Assembly (NCBI GenBank): GCA_965197415.1
Contig: OZ240207.1
Location: forward strand, 2,197,853 to 2,261,852
Source: Dehalococcoidia bacterium
GTDB taxonomy: Bacteria > Chloroflexota > Dehalococcoidia > Lucifugimonadales > JAGWBF01
Direction: 5' to 3'
Length of the DNA stretch: 64,000 bases
Shown in pieces: positions 38,236-46,783 of this stretch (position 1 is its first letter; every line of letters starts with the position of its first letter). The notes under the pieces are model-generated. The model was not told the DNA's origin. It made no database searches and saw nothing but the letters and a program-made list of their open reading frames with translations. Made by a program: the position numbers and the translations under genes.

Positions 38236-38663
38236 CTCCAACGTCGGGGGAACTCAAAGCCATCATCGACGAGATGGCGGCCCAATTGGGGACGGTGGAA
38301 GGCCTTCGAGTGTACAATCACCCGCCGGACTGCATCCAGGAGTTTCCGGCGGCGGTGATACGAGACCTCCAGGCCTCCAACCACTCGGCGGCGGCGGAAT
38401 ACCGGGCCACCGACCCTCAATCGGTTTATAACCTGGAGGTGCTGGTCCTGGTTGACTTGTCCGACGATGCCGAAGCCTACGCAGAGCTGGAAAAGTATGT
38501 GTCAGCCAACAGTCCCTCTTCCGTAAAGAGCCTGATGCGCAGGGTCATCCTGGAAGGACTGCCTGCGGCCGAGTGCGTCAAGGCCGAGCCGAGGCGCAAG
38601 CATAAAATCGGCGGCGCCGAGCTGTGGGGATGCTCTTTCTGGGTGCAGTCCCTGGTCTATTGA
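38229..38663 (+). CDS. Hypothetical phage-module protein (144 aa), last gene of the module
   Basis: Start ATG 38229 overlaps the upstream stop (ATGGTAG). This is the position of head-completion or tail-terminator genes. No motif was recognised. Confidence 0.5.
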   Translation: MVAPTSGELKAIIDEMAAQLGTVEGLRVYNHPPDCIQEFPAAVIRDLQASNHSAAAEYRATDPQSVYNLEVLVLVDLSDDAEAYAELEKYVSANSPSSVKSLMRRVILEGLPAAECVKAEPRRKHKIGGAELWGCSFWVQSLVY

Positions 38664-38784
38664 TCCTCCAACCCGCTCCTTGAAGCGTAAACTGCCAGAC
38701 CAAGTCTGATATAGTACGCCGGAGATTCACACCTCGTTACGGAAAAGCTGGCGGAGAGACGTCGACGGAAAGGGGAGGTGCGGC

Positions 38785-40389
38785 TTGATTTTCGTCTTGG
38801 CAGTCTTGCGTCCGATACTGGGGTTGGTCCTTGCTGTAGTCGTTATCGTCGGGTTCCTGTGCTTTGTGGTTGTCAGCGGCTTCCGCAGCAATTTCCTGTC
38901 CGCCGATTTCTACGCCGAGAACATCTCTGAGAATTCAGTCTACGACCGGATTTATGACGAGGTCCTGCTGGACCCGGAGTTTGAGAAGCAAACAGACTAT
39001 CTGGTGGCCGGAGTCGAAGTCCCCCATGAAGATGTCGTGGAAGTCACGCGAAGCATCCTTCCCCCAGCGTATCTACAGGAACAAGTAGAGAAAGCCCTCG
39101 CGGGCGCCCTCGACTACCTGAATCGGGACTCGGACGAGGCTCTCGTATTCATCGAACTGGATACCCCCATAGACAACATCAAGCCCACCGTCCTCGCCTA
39201 CATCGACCGGCGCATCGACGAGATTCCCACCAAGGAGGTTGAGGACGTCGAAGAGATGGCGGACGAGTTGGCCGCCCTCTGGAAGGGGCTTGAAGAGGGC
39301 GAGCCTCCTCAAACTATCCCCGCGCTTCGGGACCCGTCATCCCTGAACAACAGCATCGCTGACTTTATCTTTGACCGAGCAATCGAGGAACTGGAGTCCG
39401 ACCCTGGGTTCCCCCAATCAGGCATCGACGGCCTGCTAAAGCAGGAAGACGCCATTAAGAAGTCCCTTGTCGCTGTCGACACGAAGGGTGTGCTCAAAAC
39501 GGCGGCATCTACAATCGCCACCCCGGTCATCAACAGAGCGCTTTCGGAAACCGTCGACGAGATTCCAACCAAGGAGGTCGACGGCGCCGTCGAGATGGCG
39601 GAGGAGCTGGCCTTTTTGTGGACGGAGCTAGCAGAGGGACGGATTCCTGAGACCATCCCGGAACTGCGTGGCCCCACGTCCCTGAGCGACAGCGTCGCTG
39701 ACCTGATCTTCGACCGAGCTATCGAAGAACTGGAGGCCGAACCCGAGTTCCCGCGCTCAGCCGTCAACGCTCTGCTGGAACAGGAGACCGCCATCAAGCT
39801 CCCGTTAGCGGACGGAGACATAAAAGGGGCGCTGAAAACGACGGCGGCCACCATTGCGGGCCCAGTCATAGACGAAGCAATCCAGGAGTTCGTGGAAGAG
39901 GAACTTGACGAAGACCGCCGCCTGGACCTGGTGGAGGTCGCCGCTGACGCCGATGACAAGACGCGGGAGGAATTTCTGGACGATCTGGAACCGGCCAGGG
40001 ACTATATCTCGACGACTCGACTGGGATTGACGCTGACCATAGTCGCCGTGGTTGTGGGATGCTTGCTGCTGGGCGCCTTGCAATATCCTCGCATGGCGTC
40101 TCTGTTCCGTATCCCAGGCATCGTCCTGTTCATCAGCGGCGCCATAGCGCTGATTATCTCCATAGTGGTGAAGACAGCGATTGAGAGTTTGTTGAACAAC
40201 ATCGTCATTGATGAACCGGATATACCCACAAGCATCGTCGACATCGTCTCGGATGTGTTCTCGTCCATGTCTTCAGACATGGTATCGGGAACTATTCCGA
40301 TAGCTGCGACGGCGATGGGAGTGGGCCTGGCATTGTTCGTGGTCTCGTTTTTTATAAGGAAGCTGCCCATCCCCATCTTCAGCCGCTAG
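38785..40389 (+). CDS. Membrane protein with an internal 113-aa tandem duplication
   Basis: N-terminal TM and three or more C-terminal TM segments. The two repeats start DEIPTKEV... at nt 39217 and 39556. TTG start. Confidence 0.65.
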   Translation: MIFVLAVLRPILGLVLAVVVIVGFLCFVVVSGFRSNFLSADFYAENISENSVYDRIYDEVLLDPEFEKQTDYLVAGVEVPHEDVVEVTRSILPPAYLQEQVEKALAGALDYLNRDSDEALVFIELDTPIDNIKPTVLAYIDRRIDEIPTKEVEDVEEMADELAALWKGLEEGEPPQTIPALRDPSSLNNSIADFIFDRAIEELESDPGFPQSGIDGLLKQEDAIKKSLVAVDTKGVLKTAASTIATPVINRALSETVDEIPTKEVDGAVEMAEELAFLWTELAEGRIPETIPELRGPTSLSDSVADLIFDRAIEELEAEPEFPRSAVNALLEQETAIKLPLADGDIKGALKTTAATIAGPVIDEAIQEFVEEELDEDRRLDLVEVAADADDKTREEFLDDLEPARDYISTTRLGLTLTIVAVVVGCLLLGALQYPRMASLFRIPGIVLFISGAIALIISIVVKTAIESLLNNIVIDEPDIPTSIVDIVSDVFSSMSSDMVSGTIPIAATAMGVGLALFVVSFFIRKLPIPIFSR

Positions 40390-40432
40390 CGTCAGCGTAG
40401 GGTCAATTTGTTGGGCTGCCGGATTGGGGGGT

Positions 40433-41392
40433 TCACCACCAGATTTTGCCGGTGGTGTCCTGGTCCATGTCACCGTAGTCCGTGGTCCAGAGCTGAGAGC
40501 TAAGGTACTTCCAGCCGCCGTCGGCCAGCAGGCAAACTATGTTCCCCTGCTCCAACCGTTGTGCAGCCTTCATGGCGCCGAATACCACGGCGCCTGAGGA
40601 TATTCCTGCGAATATCCCCTCACGGCTCAGGAGCTCCTTGGCCATGCGGAATGAGTCGGCGCTGGACACCATGATCCTGGAGTCCAGCATGGATATGTCG
40701 AGTATCGGCGGTATGAAACCCTCGTCCAGGTCCCTCAGGGCCTGAATGTAGTCCCCCGGCTCCGGCGCCACTGCGACAATCTTGACGTCGGGGTTATGCT
40801 CCCGCAGGCGGCGGCCAGTCCCCATGAGGGTGCCTCCGGTGCCTAGGCCGGCCACGAACATGTCCACGTCCGGGAGGTCGCGGGCTATCTCCGCACCCGT
40901 GGTCTCGTAGTGGGCGCCCGGATTGGCCTCGTTGCCGTATTGGTACAGCATGACGTACTCGTCGCCCTGCTTCTCGATTATCTCCTTGGCCACCTCTATG
41001 GAGCCGTTGGTTCCTCGAGTCCCGTCGGAGTATATGATTTCGGCGCCGAAGGCCCAGAGCAGTTCGGAGCGTTCATGGCTCACGTTCTCTGGCATGACTA
41101 CGGTGACCTTGTATCCCTTGAGGCTGGCCACGAAGGCCAGGGAGATCCCGGTGTTGCCGCTGGTGGGCTCCAGTATCCTCTTCTCAGGAGTGAGGAGGCC
41201 CTCTCGCTCGGCCCTGTCGATCATGTACTTGGCGATCCGGTCCTTCAAGCTGCCGGTGGGGTTCTGTCCCTCCAGTTTGGCAAAGACCCTCACTCCGGGT
41301 TTGAGCTCCATGTTGTTGAGCTCCACCAGGGGTGTGTTGCCGATGAGGTCGAGGACCGTACTTGCGTTGACGACTTTATGCGTTGCAGCCAT
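40433..41392 (-). CDS. Cysteine synthase (CysK/CysM family, PLP-dependent)
   Basis: QNPTGSLKDR lysine motif, SGNTG and GTGGT loops. Confidence 0.9.
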   Translation of the reverse strand: MAATHKVVNASTVLDLIGNTPLVELNNMELKPGVRVFAKLEGQNPTGSLKDRIAKYMIDRAEREGLLTPEKRILEPTSGNTGISLAFVASLKGYKVTVVMPENVSHERSELLWAFGAEIIYSDGTRGTNGSIEVAKEIIEKQGDEYVMLYQYGNEANPGAHYETTGAEIARDLPDVDMFVAGLGTGGTLMGTGRRLREHNPDVKIVAVAPEPGDYIQALRDLDEGFIPPILDISMLDSRIMVSSADSFRMAKELLSREGIFAGISSGAVVFGAMKAAQRLEQGNIVCLLADGGWKYLSSQLWTTDYGDMDQDTTGKIWW

Positions 41393-41398
41393 TGGCAG

Positions 41399-42283
41399 CT
41401 AGTCTGGGCTAGCGTCGCCGCCCGTCCCGTTTACTTCGGGGTGGGGGGCCACGCCGCAGAACACTTCGTAGTCGATGAGCTCCGTCACTGTGGGGTTGTC
41501 GCCGCACAACGGGCAGTTGGCGTTCCGTTTGATTTTAACTTCCCTGAAGTCCATGCTCAGGGCGTCGATCAGCAGCAGCCTGGAAGTGAGACTCTCACCG
41601 ATTCCCATTATCAGCTTGAGTGTTTCCACAGCCTGAATGCTCCCCACCAGACCGGTCAGAGCGCCGAGAACGCCGGCCTCCGCACAGTTGGGCACCATGC
41701 CCGGAGGCGGAGGAGAGGGGAACAAGCAACGGTAACAGCCAGCGCCAGGTTGGTACACGGTGGCCTGGCCGTCGAATATAAGGATGCTTCCGTCGATTAG
41801 GGGTTTTTCGGCGAGGTAGCAGGCGTCGTTGATAAGATACCGGGCCGGGAAGTTGTCGGCGCCGCTAACGACCATGTCGTACTGGGAGATGATTTCCATG
41901 GCGTTTTCGGAGGTGAGCCAAGCGTCGTGAATGACTACGTTGGTGTCTGGGTTGTAGGCGTTGATGGTCTCCTTCGCCGAGAGGGTCTTGGGGCGTCCCA
42001 CATCGTTGTTCTGGTGGAGTATCTGGCGTTGGAGGTTCGACACGTCCACCGTGTCGAAGTCCACGATGCCCAACGTCCCCACGCCCGCCAGGGAAAGATA
42101 GACCGCCACTGGAGAGCCGAGGCCTCCGGCGCCTACGATCAACACCTTGGACGCCAGCAGCTTTCGCTGTCCAGCGCTTCCCACCGGCGCCATGATGATG
42201 TGCCTGCTGTACCGTTGTATCTGGTCAGGCGTCAGTGTAACGGGCTGCTGGGTCATGGCCCACTCTCTTTCCGGCTCCGGCAA
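41399..42283 (-). CDS. ThiF/MoeB/HesA-family adenylyltransferase (E1-like); start may be MTQQ at 42256
   Basis: RYSRHI, GAGGLGSP nucleotide loop and two CxxC pairs (CYRC, CPLC). Confidence 0.85.
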   Translation of the reverse strand: MPEPEREWAMTQQPVTLTPDQIQRYSRHIIMAPVGSAGQRKLLASKVLIVGAGGLGSPVAVYLSLAGVGTLGIVDFDTVDVSNLQRQILHQNNDVGRPKTLSAKETINAYNPDTNVVIHDAWLTSENAMEIISQYDMVVSGADNFPARYLINDACYLAEKPLIDGSILIFDGQATVYQPGAGCYRCLFPSPPPPGMVPNCAEAGVLGALTGLVGSIQAVETLKLIMGIGESLTSRLLLIDALSMDFREVKIKRNANCPLCGDNPTVTELIDYEVFCGVAPHPEVNGTGGDASPD

Positions 42284-42574
42284 TTAAGCTGCGCCTTCCT
42301 ATCCCATACGTCGCAGGGAAATCCTGGGCGCAGAGGGTCTTGACTAATAATAACGCAGCTTCTGGCGGCTTTCAAATGATGCCGAGTCTCCAGGATGCTC
42401 CGTCTACCGAAACAGAGTGTCTGTTCGCGACTGCTTGTACATGGTCAGGGGGTTGCCAGTGGACATCCCCTATGCGGTCAGTTGCCCGCGACGGGATGCC
42501 TGGGCCGTTCCCATGCGGGCGCGCGAATGGTATCATAGCAGGGACCAGCCGCCCACCCTGCAAAGGAGTCTTTC

Positions 42575-43216
42575 GTGCCGGACAGGATTTCCCTCAAACT
42601 CCAACCTAGATCATCTTTTCGAAAGAAGAACAAGGCCCTGAGAAGGTCCGGGCTAACGCCGGTGCACCTGTACGGGCCAGGGATCGAGCCTAAAAGCCTT
42701 CAAATCACCAGCGCCGATCTGATAAAGGCGTTGGCCCAAGCAGGCGCCACCACCCCCGTCTCCATCACCGTCGACGGCGAGTCCGGCGAGCACCTCGCTT
42801 TCGCACGAGAGGTGCAGTGGGACCCGGTGAGAGGCGACCTGGTTCACGTTGATTTTCTCCGAACGGTAGCAACAGAGCTGATCTCAGCAGAGGCCCCCGT
42901 AGTCCTGGAAGGTGAGTCAGCTGGGGCGAGGGCCTCCTTTGGTTCAGTGGTCCAACTGCTCCGGCAGGTCACCGTGGAGGCCCTGCCTCTGGACATGCCC
43001 AGGGAAATCCTGGTGGACGTGGGCGTACTGGACCAACCGGACTCAGTCCTCCGCGCCGGGGACCTGCCCATACCGAGAGGGGTTACACTGCTCACGGACC
43101 GGGAAGAGATGGTGGCCCGCGTGGAAGCAGGAAGAACCACATTCGAAGCGGCCGCAGGGCCTCAGGAAGAGGCTCCGCCTGCTGCAGACGCCAGCCCAGA
43201 AGAAGAGAGCACTTAG
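42575..43216 (+). CDS. rplY: 50S ribosomal protein L25 / general stress protein Ctc
   Basis: GTG start, RRSGLTPVHLYG and DPVRGDLVHVDF blocks, and an acidic C-terminal tail. Confidence 0.8.
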   Translation: MPDRISLKLQPRSSFRKKNKALRRSGLTPVHLYGPGIEPKSLQITSADLIKALAQAGATTPVSITVDGESGEHLAFAREVQWDPVRGDLVHVDFLRTVATELISAEAPVVLEGESAGARASFGSVVQLLRQVTVEALPLDMPREILVDVGVLDQPDSVLRAGDLPIPRGVTLLTDREEMVARVEAGRTTFEAAAGPQEEAPPAADASPEEEST

Positions 43217-43963
43217 GTGTACCTGGTCTATGTCGGCCAGTCCGGCGTCCCAGGCGACCCCGCAAGTCCTCATCCCCCTTTGCACGTCACCACGGGGCTT
43301 ATGGTCCACGAGGAGTCTCTCCAAAGCATCAAGGCCCAGTTCGACGTGATTTGCCACGGCTTCTTTGGCGCCATGCTGGGGTCCCCAGGTGCTCCCGACA
43401 GCCTGTGCGCGTCGGACCTGGTCCTTGGGAGCGGTCCCTTCGAGTCCTGGCCCTTGGTACGCCGCGAAAGAATGGTCGAAAGCCTCGTGAACATCATGAC
43501 ACGCAGGGAGACTCCGGTGATTGCGGCATACGTGAGCTCGGAGAAGTTCACCGCCGGAGACGTCTGGAGCGAGCCTTGGCACGCCGCTTTTTCCCGGGTC
43601 GTCTACAGCCTCGACATGCTCATGGACGAAATCAACGTCGAGCAAGCGCCGCCGACCTTGAATCCCCACGACGCTGCCCCCATAGAGGTCAAAGAGCGGG
43701 CCGTCATAGTCGCCGAGTCTTCGATGGCTGCCCGGTCCCGGACTGTAGACGAACTGGTGCGGACATCCCTCGACCTGCCCACCGGCTCGGTGGCGGACAA
43801 CGTGTTGTACTCCGGACAGTTCTCTCATTGCCACCTGCTGGCCGACTTGTGCGCGTATTTCGTGGGGACCGGAGTCCAGGACACCTCCGACGGAGGGAAT
43901 ACGTTGACAGAACTCCAGGAAGCCCACGTCGTTCAGGTCGTCTATCCGGTAGAATTTTTCTAG
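43217..43963 (+). CDS. Hypothetical protein, tentatively DUF3800-like
   Basis: GTG start abuts the rplY stop. N-terminal VYLVYVGQSG and C-terminal HLLADLCAYF are reminiscent of the DUF3800 DESG and QlADl motifs. This is a weak call. Confidence 0.4.
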   Translation: MYLVYVGQSGVPGDPASPHPPLHVTTGLMVHEESLQSIKAQFDVICHGFFGAMLGSPGAPDSLCASDLVLGSGPFESWPLVRRERMVESLVNIMTRRETPVIAAYVSSEKFTAGDVWSEPWHAAFSRVVYSLDMLMDEINVEQAPPTLNPHDAAPIEVKERAVIVAESSMAARSRTVDELVRTSLDLPTGSVADNVLYSGQFSHCHLLADLCAYFVGTGVQDTSDGGNTLTELQEAHVVQVVYPVEFF

Positions 43964-44001
43964 CAAAACGCGCCGATGGGGTTAAGGCGATACACCCAGG
44001 C

Positions 44002-44976
44002 CTAACTTGGCAGCAGGGAACCCGGGAACTCTGGATAGCCGGCCAGAAACTCCCGACCGGATTGGGGCCGCCTTCCCTCGAGCTGGAGGGCCTCCAGCGC
44101 CAGCGTCCCGTTGCCGGTGACCACTCCCAAGGGTGCATCCCCTTCCAGCGGCATCACTGTCCCCGGTGAACCCTGCACAGCCAAATCCACGGCCCGAGCG
44201 GATATGATCTTGAGGGTCTTGCCGCGCCATTGGGTGTACAGGCTCGGCCAGGGAGTGAACGCCCGCAGCTTCCGGTCCAAGTCTACGGCCGCAGCGTTCC
44301 ATTCCGCCTTTCCGTCCTCTCTCTTGAGCAGCCTTGTGGTCGTGGCTCCGGCTTCCGCCTGGGCAACCGCCTCGATCCGCCCTTCCATCCAATCAGGCAA
44401 CCGGTCCCTCAGCATCCGGGCACCCAACTCGAACAGGCGGGCGGTAAGGGCCTCGGCGGTGTCACGAGGCCCTATAGGAGCCGCCTCGGCGGAGACTATA
44501 GGGCCCGTGTCCATCCCCTGGTCCAGGAGCATCAGCGACACACCGGTCTCGGTGCGGCCGTCAATGATTGCCGTGGCGACGGGCGACGGCCCGCGGTACA
44601 GCGGCAGCAACGACGGATGTATGTTGAGGCAGCCGTGCGCGGGTATCGACAAGAACTCGGCGGAGAGGAACTTTCCGTAGGCTGCAACCAGGACAACGTC
44701 CGGCGCCAGGGCCGCCATTTCCGCGGCCGCTGCTGGGTCCCGCAGGGATTCCGGCTGGAATACATCAAGTCCCAACTCCATAGCCCGCACCTTCACCGGG
44801 CTGGGGGCCGGAGCTTTCGACCGGCCCTTGGGGCGGTCCGGCTGCGTATAGATTGCGACAACCTTGCAGCCCATATCCATCAGGACCTCGAGGCCAGGAA
44901 CGGCAAAGTCGGGAGTCCCCATGAATACGGCTCGGACGCTGGATATGTCGTTTCTTGAAACGGCGTGGGACGTCAT
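44002..44976 (-). CDS. fmt: Methionyl-tRNA formyltransferase
   Basis: FMGTPDFAVP, NIHPSLLPLYRG (SLLP motif) and a C-terminal OB-like domain. Confidence 0.9.
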   Translation of the reverse strand: MTSHAVSRNDISSVRAVFMGTPDFAVPGLEVLMDMGCKVVAIYTQPDRPKGRSKAPAPSPVKVRAMELGLDVFQPESLRDPAAAAEMAALAPDVVLVAAYGKFLSAEFLSIPAHGCLNIHPSLLPLYRGPSPVATAIIDGRTETGVSLMLLDQGMDTGPIVSAEAAPIGPRDTAEALTARLFELGARMLRDRLPDWMEGRIEAVAQAEAGATTTRLLKREDGKAEWNAAAVDLDRKLRAFTPWPSLYTQWRGKTLKIISARAVDLAVQGSPGTVMPLEGDAPLGVVTGNGTLALEALQLEGRRPQSGREFLAGYPEFPGSLLPS

Positions 44977-45218
44977 CGTCGAATTCCAGAATGCGGGCTA
45001 CGTTCCCAATATACCATGTGTGATTGCACTTAGAGGTAGCGCGTTACGAAAAACGGAACATCAGCTTATTTGTACTAAACTAACATTAGAACATATCTCA
45101 GAATTATACTATGTTCGACGCCAATTTTGGTCCGGCGGCAGTTTTCAACGATTACCGCCTTGACAGCCCTTTCTATACCGCCCTTATCCTTTTTTACATA
45201 ACCTCTACAGGCCTTCAC

Positions 45219-46577
45219 ATGACCGACATCAAAGCTGTAAATGGATGGAAAGCCGCGCTTGGCGAGTTGCAAGTGCGTGTGGACAGACACGTCTTCGACA
45301 CATGGCTCAGAGATACCCGGGGCCTCTCCATCGAACGGGGAGTCTTGCTGGTGGGAGTGGCCACTCCCTTCTCTATTGAGTGGCTGGAGAGGCGAATGTA
45401 CCCCACCATTCGGGAGACTGTGCAGAGGGTCGTGGACGGGGCCCTGGACGTGGAGTTCAGATCCACGCCGGTCCTGGACACCGCCCGGTCTCCACTGGAG
45501 CATGCCCGGTCCGGCGCCGCCAACGGCCGCCGACCGGGCCAGTCTTCGTGGTCGGGACTTAACCGACATTACACCTTCCCTCGCTTCGTCGTGGGGTCGT
45601 CCAATCGGCTGCCCTACTCCGCGGCGATGACAGTGGCGGAGACCCCGGAGAACGCGTTCCAACCCTTGTTCATACATTCCCCGGCGGGGCTGGGGAAGAC
45701 CCACTTGTTGCAGGCCATCGGCCATACCTCCATCGAGCGAGGAGACCGCATCCTCTATGTGACCGCAGAGCAGTTCACCAGCGAGTTCATCGCCGCCATA
45801 CGCTCCAGGTCCACCGACGATTTCCGTGCAAAGTACAGAAGCGTGGACGTGCTTCTGGTGGACGACGTTCAGTTTCTTGCCGGCAAGGAGCAGACGCAGG
45901 AGGCCTTCTTCCACACCTTCAACGACCTCTACAACTCCTCAGGCCAGGTGGTGCTTGCGTCGGACAGGCCGCCTAGGGACTTCCTGGACCTGGAAGACAG
46001 GCTTCGCTCCCGGTTTGAGTGGGGTCTCACGGCGGACATATGCGTCCCCGACATGGAGACCCGCGCTGCTATCCTTCGTAACAAGGCTAGCGATATGTCC
46101 GTCTCTTTAGAGGAGCCCGTACTCCACTACGCAGCCAACTATCCGTATCGCAACGTCAGAGAGCTGGAGGGCTGCCTGAATCGAATCGTCGCGATGGCGA
46201 GGCTGTACAACTCTCCCATCACCATGGACCTAGTCGCTCAGGCCATCGCAGACCTGTTGCCCGACTTCACACGCGCCGCCGTCGGTCCTGAAACGATACT
46301 AGAACAAGTTGGCCTCCGCTTCTCCGTCGGACGTGAGAACTTGATTGGCACCAGCCGGAAAAAGGGCGTTCTGGAGCCCCGGAGAATAGCCATGTATCTC
46401 ATGCACGAAGAGCTTGCCATGAGCGACACAGACATAGGAAGGCTCATGGGCGGTCGCAACCACTCTACTGTCATCAGCGCTCTCTCTAAGGTCAATCGTT
46501 CACTGCACACAGACTCTGCAATCAAGAACCACATCATAGCCATAAAGGAAGCCCTCATAAGCGGCGCTCCCGACTAA
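45219..46577 (+). CDS. dnaA: Chromosomal replication initiator protein DnaA
   Basis: FDTWL domain I, AAA+ GLGKTHLL, LLVDDVQFL and the C-terminal DnaA signature (PRRIAMYL...GGRNHSTV). Confidence 0.9.
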   Translation: MTDIKAVNGWKAALGELQVRVDRHVFDTWLRDTRGLSIERGVLLVGVATPFSIEWLERRMYPTIRETVQRVVDGALDVEFRSTPVLDTARSPLEHARSGAANGRRPGQSSWSGLNRHYTFPRFVVGSSNRLPYSAAMTVAETPENAFQPLFIHSPAGLGKTHLLQAIGHTSIERGDRILYVTAEQFTSEFIAAIRSRSTDDFRAKYRSVDVLLVDDVQFLAGKEQTQEAFFHTFNDLYNSSGQVVLASDRPPRDFLDLEDRLRSRFEWGLTADICVPDMETRAAILRNKASDMSVSLEEPVLHYAANYPYRNVRELEGCLNRIVAMARLYNSPITMDLVAQAIADLLPDFTRAAVGPETILEQVGLRFSVGRENLIGTSRKKGVLEPRRIAMYLMHEELAMSDTDIGRLMGGRNHSTVISALSKVNRSLHTDSAIKNHIIAIKEALISGAPD

Positions 46578-46783
46578 TCCCGCCTCTTCAACACAACCAG
46601 CCCACCAAACCGCGCCCCTCGGTTCCTTCTAAACCCTGCTAACATGTACAATACTCATGACTTATCCCTTGGCTTTTGAACGAATCAACAAGACTTTCCA
46701 ACCATAGGCTCACACCTAACAGCCCCAGTTTTGAACATATCCAACGCCCTTATCACTACTATTAAACATCTCACAACACCAGA

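Noticed and set aside
42284-42574. 291-nt untranslated gap upstream of rplY, examined for a tRNA, a riboswitch or an r-protein leader.
   Set aside because: There are only weak imperfect hairpins and a possible TTGACT hexamer. Nothing matched an RNA family I can recognise by eye.
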